Below, piece by piece: positions 49,615-53,450 of a DNA stretch of 53,450 nt; positions within the stretch are counted from its first letter, which is position 1; the number at the start of each line of letters is the position of its first letter. The notes under the pieces were generated by a model. The model was not told where the DNA came from, searched no databases, and saw only the letters and a program-made list of their open reading frames with translations. Made by a program: the position numbers and the translations under genes. The DNA lies in contig JBBIRT010000002.1 of NCBI GenBank assembly GCA_037441725.1, forward strand, positions 2,111-55,560, given 5' to 3'. The DNA is from Deltaproteobacteria bacterium. Lineage in GTDB: Bacteria; Desulfobacterota; BSN033; UBA1163.

Positions 49615-50915
49615 AGCCTTTTGGATCTGGGACGTCGAAACCACCATATCCCGATCAGAAAAAATATAACAAATCCTAAAATAATTCCGACGAGGGTTGG
49701 CCAGGAAGGAATTAGGCTTTTCTCCACATTGACCGAGGCAAGAAGATCGATCTCCTTCACTACCTTTCCTTCCTCCTGAATCAGTACTTTTGAAACCACT
49801 TGCCCCTTCTGGATTGGAGCTTCAACAAACTGGGGTAATTGGGGTAAGACAGTTATGGATCCCTCCTTCCCTTTAGCCACGGTCACCCATCCATCCCCTT
49901 CAGCAATCAGCGCAATCTCTCTTAATTTCCCCCTTTTTACTTTGACGGGACCAAAGGTTGAACCCTTTTTAACCGCTTCGATGGTTGAAAAATTTTTAAA
50001 CCCATACTCCAACAGCTTTTGGGTCTCAGGAGCCCTCTTGCTTACCTTATCACAACCCATCACGACGGCAATCAACCTTTGCCCATTTCTTTTGGCTGTA
50101 GCCACCAGATGATAACCTGACTCCTCGACATGGCCGGTCTTTAACCCATCCACGCCAATGTTCTTTTGTAAAAGCGTATTCCGATTCCCCTGACGGATTC
50201 CGTTGTATTCAAACTCAACTGTTGAATGGAAGGTGAGAGCTTCAGGATGGTCCTCAAGATATCGTTTGGCCAATAAAGCCATATCCATGGCCGTGGTATA
50301 TTGACCCTCTGCAGGCATTCCATGAGCATTTCTAAATTGAGTATCCTTCAATCCTAAACCCCTTGCCTTCTCGTTCATCTTTGAAACAAAAACCTCTTCA
50401 GAACCGGATAGATGCTCAGCCAGGGCCACACAGGCATCATTTCCTGAGGCAATGGCCACGCCTTTAATCAGGTCTTCCACCTTCACTCTTTCACCCACTT
50501 TAATAAACATCTTTGATCCTTCCATTCTCCAAGCCTTTTCACTGACAGTAACCATCTCCTCCATTTTAAGCCGGCCATCCCGGATGGCATCAAAGATAAT
50601 GTAAAGAGTCATCACTTTGACAAAACTGGCAGGAGCGATTCTCAAATTCGGATTTTGTTCATAGAGTACCTTACCGGTCAAGGCATCGATTAAAACTGCT
50701 GCTTGAGCATCAAATTGGAGTCCTTCTAAAGTGGCCTGGGAGATTGCAGGTTGTTTTGGGATCTTTGACTTTTCAAGATTTCCTGTCTTCTGTGAAACGG
50801 TTAGGTTCTTCGAGGATTTGACTCTCTTGGAAGAAGCAAGATTTGGAAAGCAAATTAAAAGAACCATCAAGAAGAGAAATAATATCCAATAACTTCTGCG
50901 AGGATGGATCAACAT
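49611..50915 (-). CDS. D-alanyl-D-alanine carboxypeptidase (PBP5/6, peptidase S11) with C-terminal membrane anchor
   Basis: Signal peptide, SxxK (ASFVKVMT), SxN (ASGNDA), KTG (LKTGHV), C-terminal TM helix. Confidence 0.9.
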   Translation of the reverse strand: MLIHPRRSYWILFLFLMVLLICFPNLASSKRVKSSKNLTVSQKTGNLEKSKIPKQPAISQATLEGLQFDAQAAVLIDALTGKVLYEQNPNLRIAPASFVKVMTLYIIFDAIRDGRLKMEEMVTVSEKAWRMEGSKMFIKVGERVKVEDLIKGVAIASGNDACVALAEHLSGSEEVFVSKMNEKARGLGLKDTQFRNAHGMPAEGQYTTAMDMALLAKRYLEDHPEALTFHSTVEFEYNGIRQGNRNTLLQKNIGVDGLKTGHVEESGYHLVATAKRNGQRLIAVVMGCDKVSKRAPETQKLLEYGFKNFSTIEAVKKGSTFGPVKVKRGKLREIALIAEGDGWVTVAKGKEGSITVLPQLPQFVEAPIQKGQVVSKVLIQEEGKVVKEIDLLASVNVEKSLIPSWPTLVGIILGFVIFFLIGIWWFRRPRSKRL

Positions 50916-51228
50916 TTCTTTCCTCCAGATAAAACGATTCAGTTTAAATAAGAGATTTTATTTTTAACAGATTCATCCTCTTTTTTCAAACCCTGTGAAA
51001 GAACTTTTTTTTATTTTCTTAAATTTAGCTGGGTTAATCGAAGAGGTAACTCTCACTTGACAAGGCAATTGGATTGAAAATGCGAGGTCATGAAAAGAAC
51101 TGGAATATCTGAACGGGTCATTCAGGTTGATTCTATGAATTCCCGAGGTCCGACCCAATAGGGGTGAAAAAAAGTTTAAATATTTTAAAGACCAAATAAA
51201 GGGGGAGGAACATTCTAATCGATAAATT

Positions 51229-51510
51229 CTAAGACTTGATCCAAGGGTTTTCTATCCTTTTGGGCCATTCATCTGGAACCCCAACAGCGATCAGACAGAC
51301 AAGATTCTTATTGGATGGAACTTTTAGGATGGCCTCAATCTCCTTTTTGGCAGTCAAAGGAGAAGCGAGCCAGACAGCACCCAATCCCATTTGGTGAAAT
51401 ACGAAAAGCATGGTAGTTACGGCAGCGGCAGTGCTTTGAATAGCAGTGGGTGCAGATCTTTGTCCATCTCCCCCTCCTTTATCTTGAATGGGTTTTGCTA
51501 TCACGATCAT
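51229..51510 (-). pseudogene. Nitroreductase-family C-terminal fragment (N-terminal half missing)
   Basis: The 93 aa match only the C-terminal part of nitroreductases (QSTAAAVTTMLFVFHQMGLGAVWL ... LIAVGVPDE). An in-frame stop lies 4 codons upstream of the ATG, and there is no upstream continuation in any frame. Confidence 0.55.
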
Positions 51511-51660
51511 CCATCTCCATTTTTAACTGAAATGATCAGCTTAAAATCTTTCAATTTCGGTTTAACCCTATTTTATTTTTTTAATAGAAATTAATCTAAT
51601 CATAGCAGGGATGTCAATTAAAATCTACCCCCTTCATAATGCATCACTGAAGTGGGGAAC

Positions 51661-51755
51661 CCTATTAGAATCAGGCAGGAATATCTCTGAAAATTTTATA
51701 AAGCGGAGCACTTCAAAAATTTTCTCCAACATCCCTGCCTGATTTCCCGAATAGG
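51661..51755. repeat. ~95-bp imperfect inverted repeat (CCTATT..ATCAGGCAGG ... CCTGCCTGAT..AATAGG)
   Basis: 10-bp perfect arms 51670-79 / 51734-43, flanking 6-bp arms, and interior GAAAATTTT / AAAATTTTC pairing. Intergenic. Confidence 0.7.
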
Positions 51756-51848
51756 TGAGGCATTACCACCTTTCAATTTATCCTTCTAAAGGATTATGCA
51801 GTTTTATAGGAATTTTCCAGGATTTCTGGTTTTAGATGCATTACTCCA

Positions 51849-52298
51849 TTATAAAGATTTTTCTTCTTCTATGAATGGAATAGCATGTTGGTGAGAATAT
51901 GGACTTTCGTAAAGGATCACTTGTTTGGCCAATTTTTTCTTGGTGTTGATCACAAGAGGGGCTAAAAGATTGGCATAAATCTTCATCGAACTTGCATTTG
52001 AAATATTTACAACGACCAAGGTTTGAATCCCATTGGGGGTATGATTTAATTCTAACTCCGCCGTATCTTCTGGATTGATTCTAATCTCATAGTCCGGTTT
52101 GAAAAAGACAGGATCGATCAAGACAAACGCCAGAGAGGGATGGTCTAAAGATTGGAGCCATAGAAAGGGTGATCCCTTCTTATGCTCTAAAAGAACAAAA
52201 CGTTTATCGTCTGGAAAACCAATCATTCCAGAGGGGATCCAGATGATCTGGTCCTCCTGAACTTCAATCACTCCAAAACGGCTGGTATGGATTTTCAA
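51849..52298 (-). CDS. fliW: Flagellar assembly factor FliW
   Basis: 149 aa. RFGVIEVQEDQIIWIPSGMIGFPDDKRFVLLE ... PFLWLQS ... AFVLIDP pattern. Confidence 0.9.
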   Translation of the reverse strand: MKIHTSRFGVIEVQEDQIIWIPSGMIGFPDDKRFVLLEHKKGSPFLWLQSLDHPSLAFVLIDPVFFKPDYEIRINPEDTAELELNHTPNGIQTLVVVNISNASSMKIYANLLAPLVINTKKKLAKQVILYESPYSHQHAIPFIEEEKSL

Positions 52299-52302
52299 TC
52301 CT

Positions 52303-52533
52303 TTAATTCACCTCCTTCTTCTCAATCAATCGATCTAAAGAGGCCAGTTCAATCTGAGCGGCCGCTCGATTCTCCTTCATAATTTTATGGTAGACCTCTT
52401 CCCGATAGATGGCAGTTTCAGTTGGGGCCTCAATTCCTAAACGGACCTGTTTTCCTTTAATGTCGATGACATGGATCCTTATCGATCCTCCAATGGTAAT
52501 ATTCTCACCAATCTTTCTTGTTAAGATCAACAT
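52303..52533 (-). CDS. csrA: Carbon storage regulator CsrA (FliW-partnered type)
   Basis: MLILTRKIGENITIG ... VRLGIEAP ... IYREEVY. ATG 52533 is preceded by GGGAGGG (the ORF-track start 52551 is less likely). Confidence 0.92.
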   Translation of the reverse strand: MLILTRKIGENITIGGSIRIHVIDIKGKQVRLGIEAPTETAIYREEVYHKIMKENRAAAQIELASLDRLIEKKEVN

Positions 52534-52564
52534 TTTCACCCTCCCTGGCAAAAATGTCCTAAAA

Positions 52565-53450
52565 TTAACGTAAATAATTGAGGATACTCAACTCAGTAAT
52601 TTTAGCTGCTGAGGCTAAAGCAGCCTGGTAGGCCAATTCCTTCTCCTTCAGCTCCACAATCACCTCCGAATAATCTGCATCCTCCACCTGAGAGAGTCTT
52701 TCTGTGAGATTCAAACTCAATTGGTTTAATACTGTTTTTTTCCAATCGATACGATTTCCCCTTGATCCCACATCAGCCATCTGATTATTAAAATAATCCA
52801 TCGCTCCTTCTAACGCATCCAATTGTTGCCGAATCGTTTCTCTATCATTTGTCTCTAATGCCCTTTTAAGAACCCCAAGAATATCAAAGAGCCCTGAATC
52901 AATAAAAACATTTTGTCCATTCCTGCCTATGGGGAGGAACTCATCCCTTCCAATTTGAATTTGAAAGTCATGGGTGTCTCCATTATACTGGGCTGTTTCA
53001 ATCCCTCCAGAGGTGATCTTGGTAAACGGAGTGGTTTGCGTGCGGTATCCTGCAAAGATATAAGAACCCCCTAATTCTGTATTTCCTAAGGCAATTGTTT
53101 GATCTAACAGATGCCCCACCGCTGTTGCCGCATAGGCTCGGGTTTCACTGGTCTGGGTATCGCTAGCCATCTGAACGGTGATCTCTTTGGCTTGATAGAT
53201 GATTTCAACCACCTGGGAGAGGATGGATTCACTCAGTTGAAGCCATGACTCACCAGTCTCTATGTTTTTATTATATCGCTCAATTTGGGAAAGGGTCTTT
53301 TTAAGACTTAAGGCATCTATTAAAACGATTGGATCATCAGAGGGTCGGTTCATCGTTTTCCCTGAGGCCAGCTTCTCATTCAATTTTTTTAAATTCCCAG
53401 AAAGCCTCATGATCCCTTGTTGAATATCGAGATAGATAGATCGAGTGGCA
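52565..53450 (-). CDS. flgL: Flagellar hook-associated protein 3 (FlgL), 5' end beyond window
   Basis: Flagellin-family N- and C-terminal helices (LASGKTMNRPSDDP ... LSILNYLR). The frame stays open to nt 53450. Confidence 0.8.
   Translation of the reverse strand, partial: ATRSIYLDIQQGIMRLSGNLKKLNEKLASGKTMNRPSDDPIVLIDALSLKKTLSQIERYNKNIETGESWLQLSESILSQVVEIIYQAKEITVQMASDTQTSETRAYAATAVGHLLDQTIALGNTELGGSYIFAGYRTQTTPFTKITSGGIETAQYNGDTHDFQIQIGRDEFLPIGRNGQNVFIDSGLFDILGVLKRALETNDRETIRQQLDALEGAMDYFNNQMADVGSRGNRIDWKKTVLNQLSLNLTERLSQVEDADYSEVIVELKEKELAYQAALASAAKITELSILNYLR

Overview
This 53.4-kb window looks like chromosome from a moderately AT-rich, flagellated, probably anaerobic bacterium. It has many Fe-S proteins and heavy sigma-54 usage, and I cannot place the taxon from sequence alone. 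I found no rRNA, tRNA, CRISPR array, transposase, integrase or obvious defence genes. Left two thirds (1-33.6 kb): a dense nitrogen-assimilation island. It holds a GAF histidine kinase with an NtrC-type regulator, nadE, a NifA-like activator, and a porin-amt-glnK operon. It also holds a GATase1-amt-glnK-glnD operon, glnA followed by a 2522-2525-aa ORF, and carAB. At least three convincing -24/-12 (sigma-54) promoters sit in front of these units. The giant ORF is the most unusual object. It fuses a GlcD/GlcF-like FAD/Fe-S oxidase, a ferredoxin, two glutamate-synthase-type barrels (one degenerate), a class II (Ntn) amidotransferase and a GXGXG domain, in an order permuted relative to GltB. The catalytic Cys lies about 1,660 residues inside the chain. 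Right third: a UPRTase-like gene and two orphan solute-binding proteins. Next comes a LuxCDE-like trio (thioester reductase-SCP2, adenylate-forming enzyme, alpha/beta hydrolase) plus YceI. After that is a cluster preceded by three TTGA-N6-TCAA (FNR/FixK/DNR-type) boxes at class II spacing. That cluster holds a radical SAM/SPASM plus squalene synthase operon, a tandem-repeat Cys protein, and a RIC-like hemerythrin, Cys-rich protein, orphan CdhA-type Ni-CODH and IscU. The window ends with dacA-like, a truncated nitroreductase and flgL-csrA-fliW. Non-coding oddities include 7-nt tandem arrays, terminator-containing leaders before glnA and carA, and two tandem ~225-bp hairpin modules with compensatory stems.
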